Shown: piece after piece, positions 10,751 to 22,191 of the stretch | Numbering within the stretch: position 1 is the stretch's first letter | Layout of the letters: each line of letters starts with the position of its first letter | NCBI GenBank assembly: GCA_965216875.1 | Contig: OZ244207.1 | Span: 6,144,001-6,208,000 of the forward strand | Direction: 5' to 3' | Length of the DNA stretch: 64,000 nucleotides | Origin: Rubripirellula sp. | GTDB taxonomy: Bacteria > Planctomycetota > Planctomycetia > Pirellulales > Pirellulaceae | Notes under the pieces: model-generated | What the model was told of the DNA's origin: nothing | Seen by the model: the letters and a program-made list of their open reading frames with translations, nothing else | The model's database searches: none | Translations under genes and position numbers: made by a program

Positions 10751-11980
10751 TTACTGGTTAAGTTCTTCCTCGATCACTTCCTTGTTCGCACGTGTGCCCA
10801 ACGCTCCCCACAATCCGTAAGGGCTTTTGACACCCGCTTCGATACTGATGTAGGGAAATTCGCTGTTGCCGGCTTCGATCGAATCCGAGATGAAGACGAC
10901 CGCACCGTCGGCCATCAAGATGTGGACGCCACCGTTGTGTCGGCTTGACGCAGAATAGGCGCCTTCGGTCCATTCATCAAAGTTACGCAAGCAAACGGCC
11001 GTGTTTGGCGGCAGCAAGGTTGTGAAACCGGTGTGCAACGGAGCCCAATGAGCCCAGATGTATCCACGACGGTTTCGGTCATCAAGCAAGCCACCGGCGA
11101 CCAAAGTGGCATCGTAAAACTGAGGTCGTGTTGGATCGACATAATCGACCGAACAATGCTTTGAACTCGATGGTGGGCTTTCGACATCGTGTCCCAGCTG
11201 GTTCGCAGCAACCGAAGTTGTCTTGACGTCCAAGTCTCCGAGGTCCGTTGCAATTTCACCCATCGCGATCGTGTTGCTGGCACCATCAAGGATGTCACGC
11301 ATGCGGATGAACTTGCGCGAAGCGGCAAATCCGCGGATATAGCGTCGTGATGCGATGAACTGGCCTTGGTCGCCTGGACAGTGCTGGTCATCGAAATGAC
11401 GCCAACTCTTGTGCCCAATCCACACGTTCTTGGCGTTGTCACCAATGCAGCTGGCATAGTTCGATCGCCCATGCGCAGGCAAACCGACACCTGGATCGGA
11501 TGGACATCGGAAGGTCGGAACCTCCGTCACCCAAGGCTCATAGGTGTAGTCGCCCCAGTGGGGCTTTGGCCCCATCGCAGGCCAAACGGCAGGGGTTCCA
11601 CCGTTGTTGTCCAGCGGGTTGGAAATGGTTTCCCACAATGCCTGCTGCTCGACGAAGGGTAACAACCCAACAAACTGACTCAGCTGCTTTTGGTTGGTTG
11701 CCATTGAAACGTTCGACAACCCGTTGCTCCACGCACACGGTGCGTTCAGCTGAGAATCGAGTCCGCTACCGCCGCCGTACTCGGGGAATTTCTTGTAGGC
11801 ACTGTGGTAGTTGTGCAACGCCAATCCGATTTGCTTGAAGTTGTTCGAGCAACTCATTCGACGTGCTGCTTCACGCGCCGCCTGCACTGCTGGCAGAAGC
11901 AATCCGACGAGTACGCCGATGATTGCAATCACGACCAGAAGTTCGACTAGCGTGAAGCCAGCCTTCGATTTTCTTGACAC
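10751..11980 (-). CDS. DUF1559 prepilin-type N-terminal cleavage/methylation protein
   Basis: [51 protein letters not shown] and H-X9-DG ([16 protein letters not shown]) motifs. Confidence 0.95.
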   Translation of the reverse strand: MSRKSKAGFTLVELLVVIAIIGVLVGLLLPAVQAAREAARRMSCSNNFKQIGLALHNYHSAYKKFPEYGGGSGLDSQLNAPCAWSNGLSNVSMATNQKQLSQFVGLLPFVEQQALWETISNPLDNNGGTPAVWPAMGPKPHWGDYTYEPWVTEVPTFRCPSDPGVGLPAHGRSNYASCIGDNAKNVWIGHKSWRHFDDQHCPGDQGQFIASRRYIRGFAASRKFIRMRDILDGASNTIAMGEIATDLGDLDVKTTSVAANQLGHDVESPPSSSKHCSVDYVDPTRPQFYDATLVAGGLLDDRNRRGYIWAHWAPLHTGFTTLLPPNTAVCLRNFDEWTEGAYSASSRHNGGVHILMADGAVVFISDSIEAGNSEFPYISIEAGVKSPYGLWGALGTRANKEVIEEELNQ

Positions 11981-12113
11981 TATCTCGCTCCTGAAACGAG
12001 CCTGACCTTATTCGTCAGACGAGACAAAGAAATAAAAAGAACAACCGCGGTTGCTCCGAAGTCGAGCAAACAAAAACCGGCGACACCAAAATTGGAGTTC
12101 GCCAAAGTGACCG

Positions 12114-12299
12114 TTAAGGAGCACCCTTGTTTGCTTGCGACTTCGCCGCGCCCTCGGCGTTGTACTTCGCGATTTCTTCAGGCGTTTGCTGATAAGGATT
12201 CGACTCAGGAATTTCGATCGCAGTTGGCTTCTCACTCCCGCATCCGGTCAGTACGAAACTGAAAGTGCCAACACAAATCATCAATAAGAAATTCCTCAC
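12114..12299 (-). CDS. Small lipoprotein preceding DUF1559
   Basis: Lipobox LTGC after a hydrophobic stretch; GAGGG RBS before the GTG start. Confidence 0.75.
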   Translation of the reverse strand: MRNFLLMICVGTFSFVLTGCGSEKPTAIEIPESNPYQQTPEEIAKYNAEGAAKSQANKGAP

Positions 12300-12745
12300 A
12301 GCCCTCGGCTCCTGTCATCAAAAAACACCAACGAAGTACCAAACTGAAGCCGATTATTTGTGCTTTGCCTGACAGAACAACTGGCAAATGGTATTGGTGT
12401 ACAGATGTCCCCAAGGGGACCTAGACTGTCGCAGCGCGTCCAATTGTGGCGAGATGACCGCCATCAGGAGACATTTCGAAGTCGGTTCGAATCGGGGGCA
12501 GCGCGGTCAAAACGGGCATTGGTTTGCGACCGTCATGGCCGCGCGTTGCGCACGCACGAACCGCTTCCGTTCGATCCAACGCACAACACCATCCGCTCAA
12601 AACGAGCGCAAGAATCTTTTGTCAATCGACGACAAACATCACCGCCGGCAGTATTAGACTGATTCGTTCCCCGTTGATCTTTTCACATACAGATCATGTC
12701 ATGAGAGCATCGCTGATACGCGAACTCGTACAACTGCAAAGCAGA

Positions 12746-14860
12746 ATGAAAGCTCACCTCTTTCTTTTACGTCTGATCGTCGTTGCGCTCATTGCCTACG
12801 CCCACCACGCAACCGCGCAAGACTTACCGCTTACCAAGATGGATGAGATTCGCCATCTCTCGGTCGAGCGTGCAGACGAAAACTTGCCAGTGAAGGTGCG
12901 CGGTGTCATCACGTACTTTGATCGCCCGTCCCACATCGCGTTCATTCAAGACGAAACGGGTGGCGTTTACTTTTCGCCGAAAGACACAACACTCAATTCG
13001 ATTGACCCACAAGGCTCGCTCGTTCCGGGAACCGAAGTCGAAATGACGGGCCTTACCATTCCTGGCGGTTTCGCACCTTGTATCGGATTGGAAATCGTTG
13101 CGACACCGTACGGCCCCGTCGATTTTCCCAAGCCGCTCTATCCGGTACGCAGTCGACTGGTTGACCCCAAGTTTGACAGCCAGTGGATTGAACTCGAAGC
13201 GACAGTTTGCGATGCCGAAATCGTTAACCGCCAACTGCTCTTGAAGATCGCGTTCGATGGCCAACAGTACGAGGCCGTTGTCACGGGAGACTGGACGAAC
13301 AAACCTGTCCCTGAAGACTTGGTCAACTCCGATGTTCGCATGCGAGGCGTTTTTGGATCGGTATACAACCAACAAAGACAACTCGTTCAGATGCGTGTCT
13401 TCATTCCGTCGATCGAATTCATTTCGGTCATCGACTCAGGCTATGAGCAAGCGTTCGCTCAACCGTCGCGTGCTATTCCAGACGTCATGAAATTCAACCC
13501 GAAGTTGCTCGGTCGCGTGCGTGTCCAAGGCACCGTACTTGCCAACTTTTCTTCCGAGAGCATCTTTGTACGCGGCCCGGGTGGTGCCATTCAGGTCCAG
13601 ACGTTGTCACCCGAACCGATCAAGCCTGGCGAAAGAGTCGATATCGTTGGCTTCCCCACACCTGGCGATATTACCCCGAGCCTGAAGGACGCCGTCATTC
13701 GACCCGACACGTCGGCGACAACCAAGCCGATCAGCCTCGATCCGATCGACGTCCAACGCGGTCGCCTCGATGGGGCACACCTGCACGGTGAATTGATTCG
13801 CACCGAAGCACGCGTCGTCGATCACTTTCATCGACCTTACGATTCGATGATTGTTCTTGAATCGGTCGGTGGTCGATTCTATGCACGCGTTCCTCATGGC
13901 GGCGAACCACTGGAACGATCAAGTTGGATTTCACTGACAGGCATTTGCATTTTGCAGCCCAACATTGGAGCGCCAAACACCATCGTCGATAACGCGGGGT
14001 CGGCGGATCTTGCGACCCAGTATTCGATGAGCATGATCGTTCGCTCAGACGATGACATCGTCGTTTTGCAACTTCCCTCCTGGTGGACTCCACAGCGGAT
14101 TGCAACCATCGCGATCGTGCTGGGCGCCATTTTGATCGCTGCCGTTGTTTGGGTGATCATGCTTGGCCAGAAGGTTCGAGTGCAAACCAAGGTGATCGAA
14201 ACGAGAATCGAAAAACAACGCGTCGCCGAGGAGCGTGCCAGAATCGCCCGCGAACTACACGACACTCTCGAGCAAGAGCTTGTCGGGATCACCATGCAAC
14301 TTGATCATGCTGCGTCGCGACTCACCTCAGCGCCCGTTCGTGCACAGGAATCGATCGATCTGGCGCGTGCAATGTTGCGACACAGTCAAGCGGAAGCGAG
14401 ACGATCCGTTTGGGACCTGCATGCCCCATCGGTTAGTGGTGATTACCTGGCCAAAGCGCTCGACGAAATGGTCGCGCAATTGAGTTTGCCCGATGGCCCC
14501 GTCATCGAACTCAGTGTTGACGACGGCGTTTCACAGCTGCGCGGCCGGTTTGCCAATCACATCCTGCGGATTGCTCAAGAAGCACTCACCAACGCGGTCA
14601 AACATGCTCGACCGACGCGGATTTCGATCAAGATCACCAGCAATGGCGATGACTTTCGTTTGAGCGTTTCGGATGACGGTTGCGGGTTCGACATCGCCGA
14701 TCGACCCAGCACGGCCGACGGCCACTTTGGACTTTCGGGGATGCAAGAACGAGCCGGAAAAGTTCACGGCGTATTGGATCTCGATAGCCAACCCGATGCC
14801 GGCACGACGCTGACATTGACCGTTCCGATTGCCGCAACCAACTCGGAAACGCTCTCCTAA
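12746..14860 (+). CDS. Sensor histidine kinase (HisKA_3/NarX type) with large extracytoplasmic repeat region
   Basis: Signal peptide, TM after WWT, ERARIARELHDTLEQ H-box, EALTNAVKHA, DDGCGF, GHFGLSGMQER. Start could also be ATG 12701. Confidence 0.93.
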   Translation: MKAHLFLLRLIVVALIAYAHHATAQDLPLTKMDEIRHLSVERADENLPVKVRGVITYFDRPSHIAFIQDETGGVYFSPKDTTLNSIDPQGSLVPGTEVEMTGLTIPGGFAPCIGLEIVATPYGPVDFPKPLYPVRSRLVDPKFDSQWIELEATVCDAEIVNRQLLLKIAFDGQQYEAVVTGDWTNKPVPEDLVNSDVRMRGVFGSVYNQQRQLVQMRVFIPSIEFISVIDSGYEQAFAQPSRAIPDVMKFNPKLLGRVRVQGTVLANFSSESIFVRGPGGAIQVQTLSPEPIKPGERVDIVGFPTPGDITPSLKDAVIRPDTSATTKPISLDPIDVQRGRLDGAHLHGELIRTEARVVDHFHRPYDSMIVLESVGGRFYARVPHGGEPLERSSWISLTGICILQPNIGAPNTIVDNAGSADLATQYSMSMIVRSDDDIVVLQLPSWWTPQRIATIAIVLGAILIAAVVWVIMLGQKVRVQTKVIETRIEKQRVAEERARIARELHDTLEQELVGITMQLDHAASRLTSAPVRAQESIDLARAMLRHSQAEARRSVWDLHAPSVSGDYLAKALDEMVAQLSLPDGPVIELSVDDGVSQLRGRFANHILRIAQEALTNAVKHARPTRISIKITSNGDDFRLSVSDDGCGFDIADRPSTADGHFGLSGMQERAGKVHGVLDLDSQPDAGTTLTLTVPIAATNSETLS

Positions 14861-15492
14861 TCGAGGTGCACGATGCCTCGTTGAATGGCCGCCGTCACCG
14901 CCTGCGTTCGGTCCATCACCTCGAGTTTTTGAAAGAGGTGGCCGATATGCAATTTGACCGTCGCTTGTGAGATCTTCATCGCCGACGCAATCTCCTTGTT
15001 GCTGAAGCCTCCAACGAGGAACTCGAGGGCTTGAAGCTCGCGCGGAGTGAGGTTCGACCGATCACGCCGCAACTGAAGCTTCCTTTCAACGTCAGCCGGA
15101 AAATAGCTGCCGCCACCCGCAACCGTTTGGATCGCTCTGATCAGCTCGCTTCGATCGGTCGACTTAGGCAAGTACGCCGATGCACCCGCTTCCACACAGC
15201 GAAAAATGTCCTCTTCGCTCTCATTGACGGACAACATCAAGCACCGAAACGATTCGTCGCGCCGACTCAATTCGGTCAGAACTTCCGTCCCTCGCATGTC
15301 GGGAAGCAACAGGTCAAGAATCATCACGTCCGGCCGCAATTCGACGAACATCTCGATGGCTTGACCGCCGGAGGTCGCCTGTCCAACGACTTCAATCGAC
15401 CCTTCGTCGCGCAAGGAATCCGCCAATCCCATGCGTACAAAAAAGTGGTCATCGACGAGTAGAAGACGTAGCGGTTCGGTCGGTTCAATCAT
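14857..15492 (-). CDS. NarL/LuxR-family response regulator
   Basis: LLVDDH receiver, ILDLLLPD phospho-Asp, LTPRELQ...SNKEIA...TVKLH HTH. Confidence 0.95.
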   Translation of the reverse strand: MIEPTEPLRLLLVDDHFFVRMGLADSLRDEGSIEVVGQATSGGQAIEMFVELRPDVMILDLLLPDMRGTEVLTELSRRDESFRCLMLSVNESEEDIFRCVEAGASAYLPKSTDRSELIRAIQTVAGGGSYFPADVERKLQLRRDRSNLTPRELQALEFLVGGFSNKEIASAMKISQATVKLHIGHLFQKLEVMDRTQAVTAAIQRGIVHLD

Positions 15493-15593
15493 ACTTTTGC
15501 TGGTCGTTTGATTCGCGAAAGAGAACGGTCTTCCGGATTTGCGAACGTCACAACCTAGCGAAAGTTACCCTCGAATGCCAATTATTTACATCG

Positions 15594-15672
15594 TGAGCCG
15601 AACGCGCTAGCGTCGGGCCCTGCACTCGTCCTACGCCGCTGGGAGGGGCCCGACGCTAGCGCGTTCGGCTCA
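15594..15672. repeat. REP-like element with perfect 27-bp inverted arms
   Basis: TGAGCCGAACGCGCTAGCGTCGGGCCC (15594-15620) and its exact reverse complement (15646-15672). The same arm recurs at 27574 and 31071. Confidence 0.9.
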
Positions 15673-15728
15673 GGCCAAGAGGACACGGCGCGAAAGGCGG
15701 CATTGTGCGGACCTCAATGCAGATTCGA

Positions 15729-16619
15729 TCAGTCCTTCAACTCAACCTTGCCATCACCCTCGTAGGGCTTCAACAGATCCCCTCGGCGACGGGCAATCAC
15801 GCTTTGTGCATCACCCGGTGAAAGTGTCGCTGGACCTTCACTCGTAAGCTCGACCTCGACATCGACGCTCTTCGCCTCGCCTCCTTTGCGGGGCACGAGC
15901 TGGATCTTGAACAACTTCGTTGCCGGCGGATTTGAGGCAGCGGCTTCGATGTCCTTGATCTGATAAAGACGCTGCAATTGATTGGGGTACAACACGAGGT
16001 CGCCGCCAGAGGTGGACCATCCGCTGCCGCGGAAATTAGTTAGTCCGACGTTGCCCGATTGGGTCTCGAACGCTTCGCTGGACGATGTCAACTTCCACGA
16101 GACGTCGTCCCCGTCGCGATCCGTATCAAGATCAAACTGGTACGCTGCATCCCCGGGCAAGTCGACTTTCCAATCGAGATCGTCGTCCTCGGGCGTGACT
16201 CCGTTTTCATCGGGCAAATGCTTAACCCGCATCTTGATGATTAGCCGGTGATTCCCTGCGGGCAACCAAAGCGCGAGACCGTCGTCCCCTCGGTGATTGA
16301 GAAACAGGTGGCCGGTCGCGAATTTTGGCAAATCTTCAACAACGCGGCACTGACGCATCAAGCTCCACACGACCTGTTTGTTTTCTTGAATCTGTGATCG
16401 TGCGTCAGCAAGTTCCGAAGTGAGTGTGTTCAATTCATGCCGGCGAAGTTCCAACCATTCAATGCGCGCGTCGGTTTCCTCGATGCGTTGTCGGCTGTAC
16501 CAGATCGATCCCGCCAAGACGAACGCGATCCCACACATAACTGACAAAATCAGCGTGCTGATCGCGCGATCACGACGGCGGCGACTGCCTGTCTTACTAT
16601 CGGTGTCGAGCTCAATCAT
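15729..16619 (-). CDS. Hypothetical membrane-anchored protein with coiled coil
   Basis: N-terminal TM, coiled-coil segment, beta-rich C-terminus; ATGA-coupled to the upstream gene. Confidence 0.75.
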   Translation of the reverse strand: MIELDTDSKTGSRRRRDRAISTLILSVMCGIAFVLAGSIWYSRQRIEETDARIEWLELRRHELNTLTSELADARSQIQENKQVVWSLMRQCRVVEDLPKFATGHLFLNHRGDDGLALWLPAGNHRLIIKMRVKHLPDENGVTPEDDDLDWKVDLPGDAAYQFDLDTDRDGDDVSWKLTSSSEAFETQSGNVGLTNFRGSGWSTSGGDLVLYPNQLQRLYQIKDIEAAASNPPATKLFKIQLVPRKGGEAKSVDVEVELTSEGPATLSPGDAQSVIARRRGDLLKPYEGDGKVELKD

Positions 16620-17434
16620 TGCATGGGGAACTCTTTAAAATTGCCGTCGTTCTCGCTTAACCAAATCGAAAAGCCAAACGACTTGGGCGGCCGGTTCCCG
16701 CTTTCATCCTGCAGACTCATGTTGCCCGTAAAAAGATTAGGAAGCTTGCGGTCGGGACCGTAGTCGATTTGCTGCTTTCCCGACACATGCATTGAACCGG
16801 CGCCGGTGACATGTGGCGACCGAAATGCAGTTTCAAGCAACAATTGATCGTCAAGCTGAAGCTTCACCGGCAACAAACCGTCAACGGAACTCCCAACGCC
16901 AACGCGAACCAAGTGTTCGCCGGGTGCGAGCTCATAGGCGAAGGGGCCCGAATCGTCAAACGGCGACTCATCAAGCAGATCGCCTTCTTGTTCGCCGCCG
17001 CGCGCACTTTGGATACCCGATTTGGTTTCGTGCACGCCGTACTTGATCCAGACCTTTCGGTCTTCGGGGACCCAAACCCGAAAGACAACGGGAATGTCGC
17101 TCCCGTGAAGCCTGATCGTCGGCAACGTTCGCATCGAAACGATGTCCCGACCGGCTGGCTCGATCTTGCCGTACTTCTTGATCAGTGTCTCGACGTGCTG
17201 CTCGCACGTCTCGCGTGCCTTGCGCATCTGATCCGCTTCATCAAGCACGATCAACATCGACTTGTGAAGTTCAGGACTTTTGACCAACAGCGAAGCCTCT
17301 TTCGTATCGACTTCGCTCGCCAATTGCTCAAGCGTTATTTGCTTCGCCTTGACTTCGTTGTCGGCGCGCCACGCCACCATCGCCAAAGCGGCAACGAGCG
17401 CCAACGCCAACATTTCTCGGATCGAAAACCTCAT
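16616..17434 (-). CDS. Hypothetical membrane-anchored protein with coiled coil
   Basis: MRFSIREMLALALVAALAMVAW N-terminus typical of planctomycete proteins, followed by a coiled coil. Confidence 0.8.
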   Translation of the reverse strand: MRFSIREMLALALVAALAMVAWRADNEVKAKQITLEQLASEVDTKEASLLVKSPELHKSMLIVLDEADQMRKARETCEQHVETLIKKYGKIEPAGRDIVSMRTLPTIRLHGSDIPVVFRVWVPEDRKVWIKYGVHETKSGIQSARGGEQEGDLLDESPFDDSGPFAYELAPGEHLVRVGVGSSVDGLLPVKLQLDDQLLLETAFRSPHVTGAGSMHVSGKQQIDYGPDRKLPNLFTGNMSLQDESGNRPPKSFGFSIWLSENDGNFKEFPMQ

Positions 17435-17488
17435 GCGACCACTTTAACCGATCCACCGTCGGTCGTTGTGGCACGTGCGGCCGGCGAT

Positions 17489-18919
17489 CTAGGAGATAAT
17501 GTCGTGCAAAATATGCCCATGAACGTCGGTCAAACGGAATCGACGTCCTTGATACTTGAACGTCAATCGTTCGTGATCGATGCCCATCAGGTGCAAGATG
17601 GTTGCGTTGAAATCGTGCACATGGACCCCTTTTTCGGCAACGTTGTAGCCGAATTCGTCGGTCACGCCGTAACTGATTCCGGGCTTGATTCCACCGCCAG
17701 CCATCCAGCTCGTAAAACATCGCGGATGGTGGTCGCGGCCATAGTTTTCTTTGGTCAGCGTACCCTGCGAATAGGGCGTACGCCCAAACTCGCCGCCCCA
17801 AATCACCAAGGTGTCGTCCAGGAGCCCGCGTTGTTTCAGATCGGCAACCAACGCCGCCGATGCTTGATCCGTTTCTTTTGCTTGACCGCGAATCTGTTTC
17901 GGCAGATTCGAATGCTGGTCCCAGCCTTGGTGGTACAGCTGAATAAAGCGAACATCCCGCTCGGCCAAACGGCGTGCGAGCAAGCAGTTCGCTGCGAACG
18001 TTCCTGGCTTCTTTGCATCTTCGCCGTAAAGCTCAAACGTCGACTCTGGCTCATCTGAAAAATCGGTCGCATCCGGCACACTCGTCTGCATGCGGTATGC
18101 CATTTCGTATTGCGCAATCCGCGATTCGATCTCGGGATCAAGTTCTTTTTCGAACTGATGTTGGTTGAGCTTGGCAATGGCATCCAATTGCACGCGCCGC
18201 CGCGCAGGCGTCACGCCACCAGGATTGGATAGGTAAAGCACGGGGTCGGCACCGCTTCGAAACTGAACTCCTTGGTGTTTCGAATCAAGGAATCCGTTGC
18301 CCCAAAGACGGGCATAAAGTGGTTGACCACCCTGGCCGGACGAAACCAACACAATGAACGCGGGCAAGTCTTGGTTTTCGCTTCCCAGCCCATACGACAA
18401 CCAAGCGCCAAGTGATGGCCGACCCGCGATCTGTGACCCCGTTTGAAAGAACGTGATCGCCGGGTCGTGGTTGATCGCTTCGGTGTACATCGATTTCACG
18501 AAGCAAACGTCGTCGGCAATCTTTTGGTGATGAGGCAAAAGATCACTCAGCCAAGCTCCAGACTCGCCGTGTTGCGAGAACTTGAAGTGCGATCCAGCCA
18601 GCGGCAGAGACGATTGATTGACCGACATTCCCGTCAAACGTTGACCGCCACGCACCGAGTCGGGAAGCTCTTCACCATTGAGCTGATTCAGCAGCGGCTT
18701 GTGATCAAATAGATCGACGTGCGCCGGGCCGCCCGATTGGAAGAGGTAAATGATCCGTTTGGCGCGAGGCTTGACGTATTGCGCATCGCCAAGCTCTGCA
18801 GCATTCGCTTCGCCAACCAAACTCGACAGCGCAGCCACACCAATGCCGGCGCTACTACGTTTAAAGAAGTGACGCCGATTCACCCCGAGCAAATCTTCTG
18901 TATGCATCGTCTTTCTCAT
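17489..18919 (-). CDS. DUF1501 protein (Tat signal)
   Basis: NRRHFF Tat motif; [55 protein letters not shown] 18919 overlaps the upstream stop. Confidence 0.95.
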   Translation of the reverse strand: MRKTMHTEDLLGVNRRHFFKRSSAGIGVAALSSLVGEANAAELGDAQYVKPRAKRIIYLFQSGGPAHVDLFDHKPLLNQLNGEELPDSVRGGQRLTGMSVNQSSLPLAGSHFKFSQHGESGAWLSDLLPHHQKIADDVCFVKSMYTEAINHDPAITFFQTGSQIAGRPSLGAWLSYGLGSENQDLPAFIVLVSSGQGGQPLYARLWGNGFLDSKHQGVQFRSGADPVLYLSNPGGVTPARRRVQLDAIAKLNQHQFEKELDPEIESRIAQYEMAYRMQTSVPDATDFSDEPESTFELYGEDAKKPGTFAANCLLARRLAERDVRFIQLYHQGWDQHSNLPKQIRGQAKETDQASAALVADLKQRGLLDDTLVIWGGEFGRTPYSQGTLTKENYGRDHHPRCFTSWMAGGGIKPGISYGVTDEFGYNVAEKGVHVHDFNATILHLMGIDHERLTFKYQGRRFRLTDVHGHILHDIIS

Positions 18920-21900
18920 CGTTTCCAAATCGTTGCGTCCAGGTTCAAAATCGCTTGACACACGGTTGTCAGAGCGGCCACTTCGGCGACGTTTTGATCG
19001 TCGCTCGACGGATGATCCCCCAGGGCGACAAAGCCCTTAGCAGCCTCGGGGTTCTCCTTGAAATACTCACGTTCTGAGTCGAGCAGATCGCTCAAGATGG
19101 TGAGTTCTTGTTGGTCAGGTTTCCGCGAAGCAAATCGCACAAACGCTGCGGTGATTCGCTGCTTGTCGCCATCAATCGCCATGACCGATTGAGCCATCGA
19201 ACGCGACGCTTCGACGAATTGCACGTCGTTCAAAAGCACAAGAGCTTGAAGCGGTGTGTTGGTGCGAGTGCGTTTGACCATGCACACTTCGCGAGTCGAC
19301 GTGTCGAACGCGAGCATGTTCGGAAGCGGCACCGTTCGTTTCCATACGGAATAGAGTGAGCGCCGGTAAAGTGACCGGCCAACCGACTGTTTGTAAGCGG
19401 GTGACATCGAGTTGGCTTCGCGCCAAAGGTCCTCGCCCGGCTGGTAGGGTGATACCGGAGGGCCACCCATCTTGTCGTTCATCAAGCCCGAAGCGGACAG
19501 CGCGAGATCGCGAATCTGTTCGGCCGTCAGTCGGTACGCTGGCCCACGAGCCAAGAATCGGTTGGTGGGGTCCGCGTCGATCTTTTCCTTTCCGGCAACC
19601 GAATCCTGTCGGTAGGTCGATGACAAAACAACCTGTTTGCAGAAACGTTTGACGTCCCAACCGTTGCTGACAAAATCGCGAGCCAACCAGTCGATCAACT
19701 TGGGGTGCGTCGGTAATTCGCCCTGTTGTCCAAAGTTCTCGGGAGTTCGCACCAAGGGCTCGGCAAAGAAGTTTGCCCAAAAATGATTCACAGCGACTCG
19801 AGCGGTCAACGGATTGTTGGGATCGGTCACCCACTTGGCCAAACCGAGGCGGTTGCGCGGTTGCCCCTCGGGAAAAGCGAGCGGAAGGTGTTCGAACACG
19901 TCGCGTTCAACGCGAGTTTCGTCGCTGGTCGGTGCATCGTATAAACCGCGAGCCAGAATGTGCGTTTCTCTTGGTTCGCCGTCTTCGATCATGATGGGCA
20001 CTTCGTCCATCACCTCTTCCGCCATGACCCAGTTATGACGTGCCGTACCGAGTGCTTCAAAAGCCTCGCGGCATTCTTTGTCAACTGCGGAAACGAAGTA
20101 CTCGAACGTCGGTTCCGCCGTCGTGTCGCCGGTCGCCATCGCCGTCAGCTCGAACTCCGACAGATTACGGTTGTAGAGACGCAAATCGTCAATCAACCCT
20201 CCAGCGAGGCCGCGTGCACGAAAACGTTGACCAACAACAAATTCGCCGCCGTGATCCACCTTGACGTTAGCACTCTTTTTCACGTTGTCACGAAGCACAA
20301 CGGTCTCAAGTGGTTTGCCGTTGAGATAGATCTTCAATCCAGCGGCTTTAGAAGATCCGTCGTAGGTTGCTGACAGTTGATGCCATACATCAAGAGGGAT
20401 CGGATCAACCGTACGCACACCGATTGCATTACCAGGCCAGACGCGCGCCATGCGTGATTCGACGTGACCGTCGATGATCGTCAGATCCCAACCGTTGTAA
20501 CCACAGTCCGTTCCGCGCGTGTGATGCACGATCAAACTACGGTGGGGAACGCGTTTCGTTTCTCGAAATCCAACCGTCACGGTGAAAGGCATCCAGCGGT
20601 CGATTGGCTCGATGCCGTGTGTCGTCACGCCGCGTTCACCATCGAGCGAAATCGCTCGACGTGGCTGAGTTTTTGGGTCACCCTCTGCCTTGTCCGACGC
20701 GATGGACTCGGGCATTCGCGCCAGTGTTGAATCTTTCACTTCAACCAAGGGCGACATCGATGACCATCCGCGATCGCTGACCGACGGGTGGTACACTTCC
20801 TTGATGGAGTTGTCGAAGTCTCGGTCGAACCCGAGTGCGAGTCGCAAATCGGGCAAGTTCGCCAACAACGTTTCGTCGGTCTTGTAAGACGACTTCCACG
20901 TTTCAAACCGCGTTTTTGCAGCTGCGACGGCCGCTTGATACTTCTTCTCGGCGTTACCGAGCTCTTGAAGTGATTGATCGAGCGCCGCCTGTTGCTCTTC
21001 GGTCGGCAACAGCATCGAAGGGCACGGGACTTTTGCCGTGCGGTCGTAGACTCCACTTTCGTCAATCGTGTTGAAGAACGCGCCCAACGAGTAGTAGTCG
21101 CGCATCGAGATTGGATCGTACTTGTGATCGTGACAGCGACTGCATTCCATCGTCAGCCCTAGGACGGCCGTTCCGAATGTATGGACCCGGTCCGCGACGT
21201 TCTCGATCCGCCACTCCTCGAAGACCGCTCCTCCTTCATTGTTCAATCGATGAATTCGGTTGAATGCCGTTGCAAGTCGCTGATCGCGCGTCGGATTCTC
21301 AAGCAAGTCGCCGGCAAGTTGCCATGTCAGAAACTTGTCATACGCCAAGTTGTCATTGAACGCGCGAACGACCCAATCGCGATAGGGCCACTGAGTGTTG
21401 AGTTTGTCCGATTGATATCCATACGAATCGGCGTACCGCGCCAGGTCCAACCAACCCACCGCCATGTGTTGGCCGAACGATTTTGATTGCAGCAGTTCAT
21501 CAACTGCATTCTCGTACGCCTGTTCGCCGCCGGCTTGCACAGCTTCGGAAAACGCTTTGACTTGTTCAGGTGATGGAGGCAGTCCCGTCAAATCAAGCGT
21601 GACGCGGCGGTACCAACGCAGTGGGTCGGCTGGTTTGGTAGGCGAAAATTGGTTGTCTCGCATCCTTTGCAAGACAAACTTGTCGATCGTCGTTTGACTC
21701 CAATCGTCATCGGCCGGTTCCGGTACAGCAACCGATTCAGGCAACAACTCAAACGCCCAATGGTCTTGGTAGGGTGCGCCTTGCTCAATCCAATCGGCGA
21801 GTAGCTTTTTCTCTTTGGCCGTTAGAGTTAGCTTGGTCGCGGGCGGCGGCATGAGCATGTCTTCGTCATCGCTGTTGATGCGATCGACCAACTCACCCGA

Positions 21901-22107
21901 TTCGAAGACGTACTCCGCTTCGTCGCGCACATCGAGCCGCAGCCCAGCCTCGCGTGTGTTCTCGTCGGGGCCGTGACAGTAGTTGCATTTGTCCGACAAG
22001 ATCGGGCGTATGTCACGATTGAAATCAATCTCGTCCGCAACCACCGTTGGACTCATCACCAACGCGACGGCCACGGCGATCTGTTTGGTAAGTGCTTGAG
22101 TGTTCAT
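18916..22107 (-). CDS. Planctomycete cytochrome c / DUF1549 / LamG / DUF1553 protein
   Basis: [43 protein letters not shown], a LamG-like central region, [10 protein letters not shown] and TNTPLQAL motifs. Confidence 0.95.
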   Translation of the reverse strand: MNTQALTKQIAVAVALVMSPTVVADEIDFNRDIRPILSDKCNYCHGPDENTREAGLRLDVRDEAEYVFESGELVDRINSDDEDMLMPPPATKLTLTAKEKKLLADWIEQGAPYQDHWAFELLPESVAVPEPADDDWSQTTIDKFVLQRMRDNQFSPTKPADPLRWYRRVTLDLTGLPPSPEQVKAFSEAVQAGGEQAYENAVDELLQSKSFGQHMAVGWLDLARYADSYGYQSDKLNTQWPYRDWVVRAFNDNLAYDKFLTWQLAGDLLENPTRDQRLATAFNRIHRLNNEGGAVFEEWRIENVADRVHTFGTAVLGLTMECSRCHDHKYDPISMRDYYSLGAFFNTIDESGVYDRTAKVPCPSMLLPTEEQQAALDQSLQELGNAEKKYQAAVAAAKTRFETWKSSYKTDETLLANLPDLRLALGFDRDFDNSIKEVYHPSVSDRGWSSMSPLVEVKDSTLARMPESIASDKAEGDPKTQPRRAISLDGERGVTTHGIEPIDRWMPFTVTVGFRETKRVPHRSLIVHHTRGTDCGYNGWDLTIIDGHVESRMARVWPGNAIGVRTVDPIPLDVWHQLSATYDGSSKAAGLKIYLNGKPLETVVLRDNVKKSANVKVDHGGEFVVGQRFRARGLAGGLIDDLRLYNRNLSEFELTAMATGDTTAEPTFEYFVSAVDKECREAFEALGTARHNWVMAEEVMDEVPIMIEDGEPRETHILARGLYDAPTSDETRVERDVFEHLPLAFPEGQPRNRLGLAKWVTDPNNPLTARVAVNHFWANFFAEPLVRTPENFGQQGELPTHPKLIDWLARDFVSNGWDVKRFCKQVVLSSTYRQDSVAGKEKIDADPTNRFLARGPAYRLTAEQIRDLALSASGLMNDKMGGPPVSPYQPGEDLWREANSMSPAYKQSVGRSLYRRSLYSVWKRTVPLPNMLAFDTSTREVCMVKRTRTNTPLQALVLLNDVQFVEASRSMAQSVMAIDGDKQRITAAFVRFASRKPDQQELTILSDLLDSEREYFKENPEAAKGFVALGDHPSSDDQNVAEVAALTTVCQAILNLDATIWKR

Positions 22108-22191
22108 ACGCCTATTCTGGTTTGCAAAGCCCTTTGCGTCTTGCACAAACGCCCAGCGAATTTGTATAAAAACAGCATGGAAAATACCAAC

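Noticed and set aside
16811..18058. 415-aa plus-strand ORF
   Set aside because: Antisense to DUF1501 and the adjacent hypothetical gene, both of which have better support.
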